Of a stretch of DNA of 64,000 nucleotides, positions 28,750 through 39,062 are shown piece by piece. The translations under genes and the position numbers were made by a program. The stretch's first letter is position 1; each line of letters opens with the position of its first letter. The DNA comes from Patescibacteria group bacterium (lineage in GTDB: Bacteria > Patescibacteriota > WWE3 > UBA101185 > UBA10185): contig JBMORU010000001.1 of assembly GCA_049322215.1 (NCBI GenBank), forward strand, positions 900,023 to 964,022, written 5' to 3'. The notes beneath the pieces were generated by a model, which was not told where the DNA came from, searched no databases, and saw only the letters and a list, made by a program, of their open reading frames with translations.

Positions 28750-30058
28750 CTATACAAAATAATAAAGTATATCGCACCGATTCGTTAATAGCCGTGGCAT
28801 CTGCATATGTAGCACGAACTCTAACTTCATAGGCTTGCCCAACAGCGTAAGTACTAGAAGTAACCCACGGTAATCCTGCTAACATGTACCAACCATCGTC
28901 AGGGTTTAAACCACTATCGGGGTAAATACCCAATTGTTCAGGCAGTGGTGGGCCAACGGTACGTGCTACTTCAACAATAAAACTCTCATGTTCTTGTGCT
29001 TGGCCACATAATGGCCCACTAGGACAATCTTCTGGGTGGCCTTCTCCAGCATAACCATACATATAAATTTTAGAAGGTTTGTCTAGGTTAATTAAGTATG
29101 TATCCATTGTTGCACCACTGCTACTCCAAGTAACTACGGAGTCATTCATATAAGCTATATCATGCTGACCAGCAGGACATGCAAGACTTGGGGGTGTTAT
29201 TATTCCGCAGCTTGAACAATCTGCTGAACAAGTGTTGCACCATTCATTGGCAGAACAAATCCCATCACCACAAGAGGGCGCACATACACCACAGTCCGAA
29301 GAACAACTAGAACAGGACTCACCAACATTACAGATACCATCGCCACATGTGGGACCACAAGCACCACAATCAAGTGAGCATGAGGCACAAGTTTCACCAT
29401 CGCTGCAAATACCGTTTCCACAAGTTGGTGGACAGGCACCACAGTCTATTGAACAACTACTACAAGTTTCACCCCCATTACAGCTTCCATCACCACAAGA
29501 TGCTGCACACGCACCACAATCGGTTGCACAAGTTGAACAGCTCTCACCACCGTTACAGCTTCCATCACCGCAGGTAGGTGGTGGGGGAGGGGGAGGACCT
29601 GATGTAGCACCTGTACATGAGTTAACAATAGATGAGCAATCAACTTCATTTTCAAAAATTGAATTGTCTATAGAACAATAACTCAAGCAGCCGGTATCAA
29701 ACCGGGTTGCATCTAATACATAACCTTCTTGGGGAGAGTCTATATATGTGTAGGTATAAGTAGCACCTTCTGGAGTTTCATCGGGCCAATTTAAAATGTA
29801 AGTGCCCACACCAGATTCATCCATTATGCTGTTATTACTATTTGCATCTTGTGGATAATATCCTTCGGAGATTTTAAAATTTCCAATTCCATCAACAAGT
29901 TTTTCTAAATTTACTCTAACAACAGAATTTTTTGCAGTATTAATGTTTCTTTCGCGATTAATTGTAACTATTGCTACACCAGTAACCACACCCAAAAGGG
30001 CAATAACGATAAGGAGTTCAATAAGTGTAAAACCAAAATTTCTGTACACTTTTCTCAT
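28742..30058 (-). CDS. Type IV pilin-like protein with 5 Cys-rich repeats and C-terminal domain
   Basis: G|FTLIELL, poly-Pro linker, five 25-aa CG(D/N)GxC repeats. Start placed at MRKVY. Confidence 0.85.
   Translation of the reverse strand: MRKVYRNFGFTLIELLIVIALLGVVTGVAIVTINRERNINTAKNSVVRVNLEKLVDGIGNFKISEGYYPQDANSNNSIMDESGVGTYILNWPDETPEGATYTYTYIDSPQEGYVLDATRFDTGCLSYCSIDNSIFENEVDCSSIVNSCTGATSGPPPPPPPTCGDGSCNGGESCSTCATDCGACAASCGDGSCNGGETCSSCSIDCGACPPTCGNGICSDGETCASCSLDCGACGPTCGDGICNVGESCSSCSSDCGVCAPSCGDGICSANEWCNTCSADCSSCGIITPPSLACPAGQHDIAYMNDSVVTWSSSGATMDTYLINLDKPSKIYMYGYAGEGHPEDCPSGPLCGQAQEHESFIVEVARTVGPPLPEQLGIYPDSGLNPDDGWYMLAGLPWVTSSTYAVGQAYEVRVRATYADATAINESVRYTLLFCIDD
29206..29575 (-). 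repeat. Five 75-bp coding Cys-rich tandem repeats
   Basis: Units of the type TCGDGSCNGGESCSTCATDCGAC with a 25-aa period. Confidence 0.85.
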
Positions 30059-30126
30059 ATATATATAGGATACATAAAGAAAAGCGCTAGGAAAAGCATT
30101 ATTTTTACAGCATAATATATACAGTA

Positions 30127-31344
30127 ATGGATAAGTACTATTCAAAGATATCTCGAATACTTTTAATTATTATTATACTTGGATTAGCTTATACTCTTGG
30201 AAAATGGGCGATTCAAATAAAAACAAATTCAAACACTATAAGAAAACAAGACAAAATTAAAGCACCTGTATCAGTAAAAAATGAACAACCAGAAAAAAAA
30301 CCTTCCTTTAATGACACAATTGAAGTTTACAGAAAACAAAAAGAACAAGAAATAGCTCTTGTTGAATCTAGTGTTTACAGTTTGCCAAACATAATAAGGT
30401 GGAATGACTATTTAATTTACGAAAATAAAGACAAAAACGTAATACTTGAAAATACAAATAATTTCGAAGAAAAAGTACTAATAGCAAAGGACTTTCTTGA
30501 AAATATAGATACAAATGGTAAGGGTATAAATCTTGCAGTATCGGCATATATTAGTGATTTTAAAATTATAGATGATGTACTGTACGTTTCTTATGGAGGA
30601 TATCTTATTGAAGGTGCCATATTTTGGATAGATTTATATAATATAAAAGAGCCACAAATCCTTAGAAGAGGTCCCAACCCACACATAGTGAAATTTGGTA
30701 AAGACTATTGGGTTAGAGAAGGTGAAGGTGACGCGTGTTGGGGATTTGCGCGATTTACACCCGTGAATTTAAATGAAAAAAGTTTAGGTTCAACACTAGA
30801 AGTTACCAGTGGTTGCACAGAAGGGGAATACTTACTGGGCTGGGATACAAAAACAGAGGCATTTATAACCACAAACTACACACGAGAAGATCCTTACTTT
30901 GGGTCAACTACGTATTTAGCATTAAACAAACTTGAATCTGATGGCACAAGAACAACCTTAATAAACATAGACTCCAACTTAGGGGCAAAAATAAAAGACG
31001 TTATTTTATCAAAAACTGAGAGTAAGGTTTACTTGTCCGATGCACAGTCATTGTATATGTACAACATTCCAACTAGTCAATTAAGTAAAATAGGTGATTA
31101 CGAAGACAAAGCTAAAGAACTGCAATTTATAAAAGTGTTAGAAGAAGGCGGTATATGTGTAAGAACAAATGATACAGCTCCTAATAAGCTTATAGATCAC
31201 ACAACGGCAAAATTTATACCGGATACAACTAAAAGATGCAACGACGGTGAAAATCTTTACGGCAAAGACAGATACGTTAAAGAAAATGTAGACTTTCTGC
31301 AAATATTAAGTGATTTGGAAAATTATAATTACAGAATAAAATAA
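30127..31344 (+). CDS. Hypothetical exported beta-rich protein
   Basis: N-terminal TM helix and a long ORF with host-like composition. Confidence 0.65.
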   Translation: MDKYYSKISRILLIIIILGLAYTLGKWAIQIKTNSNTIRKQDKIKAPVSVKNEQPEKKPSFNDTIEVYRKQKEQEIALVESSVYSLPNIIRWNDYLIYENKDKNVILENTNNFEEKVLIAKDFLENIDTNGKGINLAVSAYISDFKIIDDVLYVSYGGYLIEGAIFWIDLYNIKEPQILRRGPNPHIVKFGKDYWVREGEGDACWGFARFTPVNLNEKSLGSTLEVTSGCTEGEYLLGWDTKTEAFITTNYTREDPYFGSTTYLALNKLESDGTRTTLINIDSNLGAKIKDVILSKTESKVYLSDAQSLYMYNIPTSQLSKIGDYEDKAKELQFIKVLEEGGICVRTNDTAPNKLIDHTTAKFIPDTTKRCNDGENLYGKDRYVKENVDFLQILSDLENYNYRIK

Positions 31345-31350
31345 TCATTT

Positions 31351-31782
31351 ATGAACATCAAATTTAAACGTTTTGACAAAAGCTTAAATATACCCGAGCA
31401 AAAAACTAACGGTGCGGCATGTTTAGATTTAACGGCACGTGTAAACACAACGATTCCTGCAAACTCATTTGGCTACATACCCTTAAACATTGCAATTGAA
31501 ATTCCTGAGGGATACTGGGGACTTTTGGCAGCAAGAAGCTCTACCCACAAATTAGGTTTACTTTGCGGGAACGGCATAGGAATAATTGATTCAGACTTTC
31601 GAGGCAATAATGACGAACTTAACTTTATTGTTTATAACGTAACCAACAAAGAGGTGATTGTAGAAAAGGGGACAAGAATTGCACAAATAAGCTTAGTAAA
31701 AAATGTTGAACTAAATCTAACAGAGGTAGATTACTTAAGTAATAAAGATCGCGGTGGTATTGGTTCTACGGGGCATAAGTGA
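31351..31782 (+). CDS. dut: Trimeric dUTPase
   Basis: Motifs AACLDL, ARSS, GIIDSDFRG, RIAQ, RGGIGSTG. Confidence 0.95.
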   Translation: MNIKFKRFDKSLNIPEQKTNGAACLDLTARVNTTIPANSFGYIPLNIAIEIPEGYWGLLAARSSTHKLGLLCGNGIGIIDSDFRGNNDELNFIVYNVTNKEVIVEKGTRIAQISLVKNVELNLTEVDYLSNKDRGGIGSTGHK

Positions 31783-32285
31783 AATTTTTTCAAAATCTAT
31801 CACAAAAGAGTAACTCAAAATTTATTTTATATCTAACTTTAATAGCATTTTTAGGAAAGCTTCCGGTTTTAATAGTATCTGACACTTTATTTCATTTGGT
31901 AGGATTAGGCGCCCTCGTAGAGCTGTTAGAGTATGCGCAAGTACCTGAAATTACATCTACAGATTTTGTTCTAGGAGTTTTAGTAGCACCATTTATAGAA
32001 ACAATAATAGGGCAATGGATACCTATAAACTTAATTGGAATATTCTTTAAGCAGGATAAATTAAAAATTATAGGGTCTGCTTTAGTATTTATGCTCATAC
32101 ATTTTCCTGCAGTAACTTTTTTTCCGGCTGCTTTTTTTGTAGGGCTGCTTTTTTCATGGGCATGGTTACAAAAAAGAAAGGTATCTTTGAGTAAAGCCTT
32201 TTGGACAGTAACATTTATACATGCACTACATAACTTATTAGCTTTTGGTGTTACTTTCGTCGCAGACTCCTACAACATATTTTAA
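31779..32285 (+). CDS. CPBP (Abi/CAAX) intramembrane protease-like protein
   Basis: Motifs APFIET, FMLIH, HALHN. Confidence 0.75.
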   Translation: MKFFQNLSQKSNSKFILYLTLIAFLGKLPVLIVSDTLFHLVGLGALVELLEYAQVPEITSTDFVLGVLVAPFIETIIGQWIPINLIGIFFKQDKLKIIGSALVFMLIHFPAVTFFPAAFFVGLLFSWAWLQKRKVSLSKAFWTVTFIHALHNLLAFGVTFVADSYNIF

Positions 32286-33463
32286 GGGTGCCAAATGTGA
32301 AAACCTTCATTCCATTGCGCTAAATACCAATAGTAAAATCCCCAAAAAGTTAGCAACACCATATAAAACATTACTTGCTTATGTTTTGCATATTTTTGAA
32401 AAAGCTGAGCTTCGAAGAAAACATGATATAAACCTAAAAGCAATATAGGTATAAACCATAACATATAAGTTCTATTTAAAACCGGTGTAAATACATAAAA
32501 ACTAGCAAATGATAGTAAGCTTAAAAAATACTTATTTCTGCTTAATTTAGTTGCGTAGAAAAGTAAAATTAAAAGCCAACCAAAAAATGTAGACAAATAG
32601 GTATAAGTTTCAAAAGAAATGATTCTAAATAACTCCACTTTGTAATAGTAGCTTATGTAATATAAAAGAGGCCGACCTTGAACAAAGCGATGCCCATGAA
32701 CTAACAACGACCCCTGAATGTAGGTCCAAAAATTATCAAAGCTAGTCATAAACGGAATACTCATTACCAAAGCAATTATGAACCCAGCAGTAAGAAACTT
32801 AACTTTACTTTTGGATTTAAGCAAAAAAAGTGGAAACAGCAACACAGGAAAACTTTTGAATGCAATGGCTAAAGCATAACTAGCTCCTGAAATAACATCA
32901 TCCTTTTTTAAGTAAAATAAAGCAAGCATCATAAAAAACATGGGTATAGGATCACTTGTTATATAATCGCGTTTTAAGTAAATAAATGGATTTATGTACC
33001 AAAAAAGCAAAGAAAATATAAGGGCTAAATAGTTTTTTTTGTACAGCTCCTTAACCAATAAAATACCAATGCCCAAATCAGCTAATAAAACAGGGATTTT
33101 CCAAAAGTAATTTAAGGGCACACAACCATTTACTCCCAAATGCAGCGTTTGATCACAAGGGAAAGCTGCCTTGTTTACATATAAAAAAAGTGACATTAAA
33201 AAGCTGTTTAAATAAAGTAATCCTGGTAAATAAGCAAAACCTTTGTTTCCAGGATCAGAATCTAAATTATTAAAAGATGCAACAGTATTTTTGTATGGAT
33301 TTTCACCCTCAATAAAGTCAGTCACAGCATTTATATAAGTATTACTGTCACCACCTATTTGATAAAAAAGTTGAACTCTTTGTATGCTGGCGATAATAAG
33401 TATTAATAACACTATAATAATCTTTGGATTCTTTATTGCTGAGAATAAGTTATTTTTCGTCAC
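32282..33463 (-). CDS. GT-C glycosyltransferase (GT87/DUF2029-like)
   Basis: GDS.Y, GENPY, FAYLPG, K.P..LAD, AIAFK..P motifs and many TM helices. Confidence 0.75.
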   Translation of the reverse strand: MTKNNLFSAIKNPKIIIVLLILIIASIQRVQLFYQIGGDSNTYINAVTDFIEGENPYKNTVASFNNLDSDPGNKGFAYLPGLLYLNSFLMSLFLYVNKAAFPCDQTLHLGVNGCVPLNYFWKIPVLLADLGIGILLVKELYKKNYLALIFSLLFWYINPFIYLKRDYITSDPIPMFFMMLALFYLKKDDVISGASYALAIAFKSFPVLLFPLFLLKSKSKVKFLTAGFIIALVMSIPFMTSFDNFWTYIQGSLLVHGHRFVQGRPLLYYISYYYKVELFRIISFETYTYLSTFFGWLLILLFYATKLSRNKYFLSLLSFASFYVFTPVLNRTYMLWFIPILLLGLYHVFFEAQLFQKYAKHKQVMFYMVLLTFWGFYYWYLAQWNEGFHIWHP

Positions 33464-33505
33464 AAGTAGATTATAAACAAAATATCTTTTTGGTAGAATG
33501 TTTAC

Positions 33506-33769
33506 ATGAAAAAGAATAATTACTGGTTTAAAGCAAAAGATTACGGCTACGGATGGACTCCAAAAACCTGGGAAGGTTGGGTGGTGACTATTGCCGGAAT
33601 TGCAGCTATTTTAATATCTGTTACGGCACTTGAAGCACAACCTGAATGGGCCTTAGCAACAGTTTTAATAGAAGTTTTCATGCTTATTATTGTTTGTATA
33701 GTAAAAGGTGAAAAACCTGAGTGGCGTTGGGGTGGTAAAAAAATAAAATGGCCAAAAATAAAAAAATAG
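33506..33769 (+). CDS. Small 2-TM membrane protein
   Basis: WFKAKDYGYGWTPKTWEGW...KGEKPEWRWG. TAGAAT lies 6 nt before the ATG. Confidence 0.75.
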   Translation: MKKNNYWFKAKDYGYGWTPKTWEGWVVTIAGIAAILISVTALEAQPEWALATVLIEVFMLIIVCIVKGEKPEWRWGGKKIKWPKIKK

Positions 33770-33770
33770 T

Positions 33771-34856
33771 CTAAAGCCAACCCCCATAGGCTGCCAAAAC
33801 ATATATACAATATAAAAATATAAGTACTAAACCAAACCTTCTACCAATTTTAAACTTTTGCACGGCCAATAACGATAAAACACTAATTAAAGTTGCAAAT
33901 AAAAGTAAAATTGAGCTCTTTATATTTTCACCGCCTATATCGGTAATTGTGCCATTAAAGGCTGTGTATATTAAAATGGGTAATCCTAGACTCATAAGAA
34001 TATCAAAAACGTTACTTCCAATAGCATTGCTTATAGCCATGTCACCACGACCTTGCTTTGCAACAATAGCGGAAGATATAAGTTCAGGCACAGAAGTACC
34101 TCCGGCAAGTATTGTTAAGGCAATAATGGCGGGAGGAACACCCATGTACAAAGCTATACTTTCTGCCGAAACTACAGAAAAATAACTCGCACCTGCAATA
34201 AGCACTAATGAAAGAATAAATACAAAAAAGGTATATTTTTTCTTTTTTTCACAATCAGGAATTAAGCTTAAAACAAAGTCTATTGGATATGTTAGTACAG
34301 AAAAATAGCGAAAAATAAATTTATAACGATTCTCTGGTGGTGCTACCTTTTGGGTGGCAAGTTTTATGGGATCTGGTTCTGATTCTTCAGGAACATACCT
34401 AGACCACAAAAATAAAACAAGCAAGTAAATTAAATAAGTTCCAACAAGGATTGAAGCTTCTATAAAAGTTAGCTGATTATCTTGAACAAAAGTAATTAAC
34501 AGAATAATTGTAATTGAGTAAAAAGCACCATCACGTATAACAGGTTTCCAGTTTAAATAAGTAGTTTTAACTAAAGATGCAAAACCAATTACAACAAGTA
34601 TTTGAAAAATTGCGGATCCTACAACAGTACCTAAACCAGTCGCAGGATTAGAATTAGGTAAAAACAAAGCAAATAAAGAAGTACTAATTTCAGGAGCGCT
34701 TGTTCCTAATGCTAAAAGCGTGGCGCCCGCAACACTGGGAGTTAACTTTAGCAAGGCAGCTATGTTATCAAGGCTTTTAATAAAATGGTTATCAACCACT
34801 TTAGCCATAACATAAAAACTTAATAAAATTGTTAACAAATTTAGTAGCAGCTGCAT
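33771..34856 (-). CDS. Ca2+/Na+ antiporter (CaCA, YrbG-like)
   Basis: Alpha repeats GTSAPE...GSAIF and GTSVPE...GSNVFD. Confidence 0.9.
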   Translation of the reverse strand: MQLLLNLLTILLSFYVMAKVVDNHFIKSLDNIAALLKLTPSVAGATLLALGTSAPEISTSLFALFLPNSNPATGLGTVVGSAIFQILVVIGFASLVKTTYLNWKPVIRDGAFYSITIILLITFVQDNQLTFIEASILVGTYLIYLLVLFLWSRYVPEESEPDPIKLATQKVAPPENRYKFIFRYFSVLTYPIDFVLSLIPDCEKKKKYTFFVFILSLVLIAGASYFSVVSAESIALYMGVPPAIIALTILAGGTSVPELISSAIVAKQGRGDMAISNAIGSNVFDILMSLGLPILIYTAFNGTITDIGGENIKSSILLLFATLISVLSLLAVQKFKIGRRFGLVLIFLYCIYVLAAYGGWL

Positions 34857-34919
34857 ACGAACCCTATTGTAACAAATACAAAACTTTACGCATAAAATTT
34901 ACATGGTATATTTTTAAAG

Positions 34920-35225
34920 ATGGATGAAATTGAATTAAAAAACAGAATTTTACAAAAGTTTCCGGGTAAATACAGCACAAGAGGCATAGATCACGCGGTA
35001 GCTAAAATTCAGGAAATGGACGATGATTTTAGAAATTTACTTGAGACTTTTTTAAGAACAGGGCAAGTGCAAGAAATTACAATGGGAGATTACACAATAA
35101 ATAAACTGCGAATTCAGTACGGCATGAATGAAATAGCTGCATATTTGACTATGGACTGGATAAAAAAACATCCCGAAGAGGCTGTCGTTTCTATTGATGA
35201 TGGCATTACTTATAGTGCCGTTTAA
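34920..35225 (+). CDS. Hypothetical protein
   Basis: 101-aa ORF. TATATT lies 7 nt before the ATG. Confidence 0.65.
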   Translation: MDEIELKNRILQKFPGKYSTRGIDHAVAKIQEMDDDFRNLLETFLRTGQVQEITMGDYTINKLRIQYGMNEIAAYLTMDWIKKHPEEAVVSIDDGITYSAV

Positions 35226-35274
35226 CTCTGTTTGTGACACTATTTAAACAATCACGATTTATAAAGCACATAGT

Positions 35275-37056
35275 ATGTGCGGTGTATTTGCATTTACATC
35301 TTCAAATAAACAGAATCCAACCTTAGTGCTAGAAGGTCTTAAGCGACTTGAATACAGAGGATACGATTCATGGGGTATAGCAGTTTTAAGTGATAATACC
35401 CTTGAAATGAAAAAAAACACGGGGCCTCTAAACTTACAAACAGTATCACACCAAATAAAAAACCTACCTGAATCTAATCTGGGTCTTGGACACATACGCT
35501 GGGCAACTCACGGTAAAGTAAATGTAACTAATGCACACCCACATACATCTTTAAATAATGACATGGCTCTTGTGCACAATGGAATAGTAGAGAACTATGA
35601 AGAATTAAAAAAAGTTGTAAAAAAACAGAATCTTTCAATAAAAACTGAAACTGACTCCGAAATAATAATGCGCTTAATCGAAATTGAACTGAAAAAAACT
35701 AACACTTTAGCAAAAGCTTTAGCAAATGCTTTTAAACACTTAAAAGGTAGAAACACAATAATATTAATTACTAACAAAGGAGAACTGGTTGGTATAAAAA
35801 ATGGATCTCCTTTGGTTATAGGAATAAACGATGATGGATACTATTTTGGTTCAGACACACTATCTTTCGGACAAAAAACAAAAAAAGCTTTAATACTCGA
35901 TAATTTTGAAATGGCTTACTTTAACAACAAGAATCTTGAAATATATAATATAAATAGTCTGGTAAATGTAAAAAAATCACCCATATTACTAAATCAAACA
36001 TATAACTACTCAGAAAAGAGTGGCTACAAACATTACATGCTAAAAGAAATTTACGAGCAAAGCAAAGCTATTGTAGAAGCAACTTCATATTCTAAAAAAG
36101 AATTAACCTCTTTTACAGAGCAAATTAAAGAGAGTGAAAACATATATACAATAGGCGCAGGAACAGCAAGCTATGCTGCAGGGCAAATTGCATTTTACCT
36201 TAGAGAATACGCAGGAATAAAAGCTATTGAACTTAAAGCTTACGAAATAGAAAGCTACAAAAAAATATTTACCAAAAAAGATTTAGTAATAGCTGCGAGT
36301 CAAAGTGGTGAAAGCGCGGACACCATAGAAGCATTAGAAATAGCCAAAAACAATAAGGCAAAAATTGCGAGCATAGTTAATATGCAAGGCTCAACTATAT
36401 CTAGAATGTCAGACTTTCCTTTTTACTTAAAAGCAGGTCCTGAAATTTGCGTATTATCTACCAAATCTTACACCTCAAAATTAAGCTGGGGATATATTGT
36501 TGCAAAACATATTTCAAAACAGTATGAACAAGCTCAAAAAAATATAGTAGAAGTAGCAGAAAGTATTGAAAAATACTTAAGTGATAAAAACAACCTTACC
36601 CAAATAAAAAATCTAGCCAAAAAACTTATAAAGGTAGAGCACGCCTTTGTTTTAGGTAGAGGACAAAACTTTTATACAGCGTTGGAAACTGCATTAAAAG
36701 TTAAAGAAGTCTCATATAAACATTTTGAGGCATTTTCAGCCGGAGAGCTTAAGCATGGAGTAATTGCACTAGTAGAAAATAACACACCTGTGATTTGCCA
36801 TGTTTCAGAGGATGATGAAAAAGCAAATATGCTCAGCGCTGCACAAGAAGTAAAGGCTAGAGGGGCAGTTACCATTCAAGTAGGTAATATTAAAAGTGAT
36901 ATCTTTGACTATAGCCTTAGTGTGCCTGAATCAAGGGAACTTGCTGGAATTGCTAATATAATTCCTATTCAATTACTTAGCTACTATATGGCAGCACTAC
37001 AAAATCTTGATCCAGATAAACCAAGAAATTTGGCAAAAAGCGTAACAGTAAAGTAA
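35275..37056 (+). CDS. glmS: Glutamine-fructose-6-phosphate transaminase
   Basis: Motifs MCG, LEYRGYDS, GHIRWATHG, SQSGE, ELKHG, PRNLAKSVTVK. Confidence 0.97.
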   Translation: MCGVFAFTSSNKQNPTLVLEGLKRLEYRGYDSWGIAVLSDNTLEMKKNTGPLNLQTVSHQIKNLPESNLGLGHIRWATHGKVNVTNAHPHTSLNNDMALVHNGIVENYEELKKVVKKQNLSIKTETDSEIIMRLIEIELKKTNTLAKALANAFKHLKGRNTIILITNKGELVGIKNGSPLVIGINDDGYYFGSDTLSFGQKTKKALILDNFEMAYFNNKNLEIYNINSLVNVKKSPILLNQTYNYSEKSGYKHYMLKEIYEQSKAIVEATSYSKKELTSFTEQIKESENIYTIGAGTASYAAGQIAFYLREYAGIKAIELKAYEIESYKKIFTKKDLVIAASQSGESADTIEALEIAKNNKAKIASIVNMQGSTISRMSDFPFYLKAGPEICVLSTKSYTSKLSWGYIVAKHISKQYEQAQKNIVEVAESIEKYLSDKNNLTQIKNLAKKLIKVEHAFVLGRGQNFYTALETALKVKEVSYKHFEAFSAGELKHGVIALVENNTPVICHVSEDDEKANMLSAAQEVKARGAVTIQVGNIKSDIFDYSLSVPESRELAGIANIIPIQLLSYYMAALQNLDPDKPRNLAKSVTVK

Positions 37057-37066
37057 TATACAGTTT

Positions 37067-37672
37067 ATGCACTACCCTGTAGATGAAACAATTAAAGTCA
37101 TTCAAGAATACGGATTAACTGAATATGCTAAGCAGCATAAAGAATTTTATAAAGCATTTGGAGGTATACATTCAGGTGTCGACTTTGATACACCTGTAGA
37201 TTCAAATGTATTTAGCGCACTTGAGGGAATAGTCACAAGGCGGGAATGGCATAAAGGTATGGGTTTTATATTGGGAGTAAGAACAGGAAATATTTTAGTT
37301 TTGTATGCACATTTAAATAAATTTTTAGTAGATTTAGGTGAAACTGTAACACCAGGACAAAAAATGGCATTGTCAGGAGATTCAGGATGTGCCTGTACAA
37401 AACCCCATGTACATGTAGAGTTTAGAGACTTAATACAACCAACACTCAAATCTAAAATTTTTAAGCCAGATTTTACTTTAGAATTACCTAAACAACACAC
37501 TAATGTATTTGAGTACTTAATTAAAGATGAAAAGACTATTCAAGACATTTCTGTAAAATTTTTTGGTAATTTAAATCATGTAGAAAAGCTTGTTCAAAAA
37601 AACAAAATCTTGCAAAGCTTTAAGCCAAATGAAGAATTACCAATAGGCACTATTATTAAAATTTATGCATAA
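37067..37672 (+). CDS. M23 peptidase with C-terminal LysM-like region
   Basis: Motifs HSGVD, YAHL, PHVHVE. Confidence 0.85.
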   Translation: MHYPVDETIKVIQEYGLTEYAKQHKEFYKAFGGIHSGVDFDTPVDSNVFSALEGIVTRREWHKGMGFILGVRTGNILVLYAHLNKFLVDLGETVTPGQKMALSGDSGCACTKPHVHVEFRDLIQPTLKSKIFKPDFTLELPKQHTNVFEYLIKDEKTIQDISVKFFGNLNHVEKLVQKNKILQSFKPNEELPIGTIIKIYA

Positions 37673-39062
37673 AAAAATTATTGTAATACTACCAATACTT
37701 ATAGTTGTAGTTCTTTTAAGCTACGGTGTATACGTAAAAAACAATACATCGCTCTTAACTATAAAACCAAATGTTGAACAAATAAAAAATAACAACCAAA
37801 ACCTAACGCCAAAAGAAAATGCACAAAACTATACTCAGCTAGTAACTTCTACACTTGAGGTTTCAGAAAAGTACAAAAAAGGAGTATTCGCAAGTCCAAA
37901 AGAACTTAACTTACCAAACGGGTTTAAAATTTCGGTATTTGCGGCAGGTTTGGTTAAACCAAGAGCAATAACTTTTGACGAAAACGGTACAATTTACATT
38001 ACCGACACAAACTTTAATGTGTCAAAAAGTAATGGGGGAGAGGTTTTTGCAATTATTGACACCAACGCTGACGGAGTAGCTGATGAAATAAATACTGTGG
38101 ATTCAAACTTAATACATCCGCACGGAATTGACTTATACAACGGAGATTTGTATGTGGGCGAAGAACATCAAATTATTGTTTACAGAAATATAAAGCCAAA
38201 TGGAGAATTTGATGAAAAAGAAACTTTAATACCAAATCTACCAAACGGAGTATCTTTTACTACAGGAAGTGGGCATGTTACTCGAACAGTAAAAGTAAAC
38301 AATGACAAAATTTACGTATCAGTTGGATCTTCATGTAATGTGTGTGAAGAGAAAGATCCAAAAAGAGCTGCAATTTTAAAATATTCAATAAATGGGGAAT
38401 TTGAAGAATACTTAGGAACTGGCCTTAGAAACTCTGTAGACTTTATTTTTGTGAATACATCTGAATTTACGCAAGAAATCTGGGCAGTAAATAATGGGCG
38501 AGACAGAATTGGAGACGATATTCCACCAGAAGAATTAAATGTTATAAGATTAGATGGTAACCAAACAACTAATCACTATGGATGGCCTTATTGTTACGGA
38601 CAAGGAATAAGTAATCCTGAATTCTCAAATAAAACAGCATTTTGCCAAAATGAAACGCACTACCCATTATACGAAATGCAGGCGCACTCAGCCCCCTTAG
38701 GTTTAAGTTTTCACGCTTACCGAAAATACGGAGACAGCGCTAAAACCTTTCCAGATGAAATAATATCTGATTTATTCATTGCCTATCATGGCTCATGGAA
38801 TAGAACAGTTCCAACAGGATACAAAATAGTAAGGTTAGATACGTCAGAATACTTTAAAAATCCCGAATACCACAAACAAAATTCTGACATTACAAAAACT
38901 ACCTTAAGTACACAACCTGTTAACTTCATAACAGGTTGGTTACAAGAAGATGGAAATGCCTGGGGAAGACCAGTAGATATAGACTTTGATTCTAAAGGCA
39001 TTATGTATATAACAGATGATAAAGCTGGCGCAATTTATAGAGTCGAATATGCAACAGAATAA
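37665..39062 (+). CDS. PQQ-dependent sugar/sorbosone dehydrogenase-like beta-propeller
   Basis: Motifs VGSSCNVC, GLRN, NGRD, YGWPYC, AHSAPLG, HGSWNR, GRPVD. Confidence 0.85.
   Translation: MHKKIIVILPILIVVVLLSYGVYVKNNTSLLTIKPNVEQIKNNNQNLTPKENAQNYTQLVTSTLEVSEKYKKGVFASPKELNLPNGFKISVFAAGLVKPRAITFDENGTIYITDTNFNVSKSNGGEVFAIIDTNADGVADEINTVDSNLIHPHGIDLYNGDLYVGEEHQIIVYRNIKPNGEFDEKETLIPNLPNGVSFTTGSGHVTRTVKVNNDKIYVSVGSSCNVCEEKDPKRAAILKYSINGEFEEYLGTGLRNSVDFIFVNTSEFTQEIWAVNNGRDRIGDDIPPEELNVIRLDGNQTTNHYGWPYCYGQGISNPEFSNKTAFCQNETHYPLYEMQAHSAPLGLSFHAYRKYGDSAKTFPDEIISDLFIAYHGSWNRTVPTGYKIVRLDTSEYFKNPEYHKQNSDITKTTLSTQPVNFITGWLQEDGNAWGRPVDIDFDSKGIMYITDDKAGAIYRVEYATE

Noticed and set aside
28095-29681. Several alternative-frame and antisense ORFs with His/Gln- or Val-rich repeats
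   Set aside because: They are shadows of the Cys-rich repeats in the two pilin genes.
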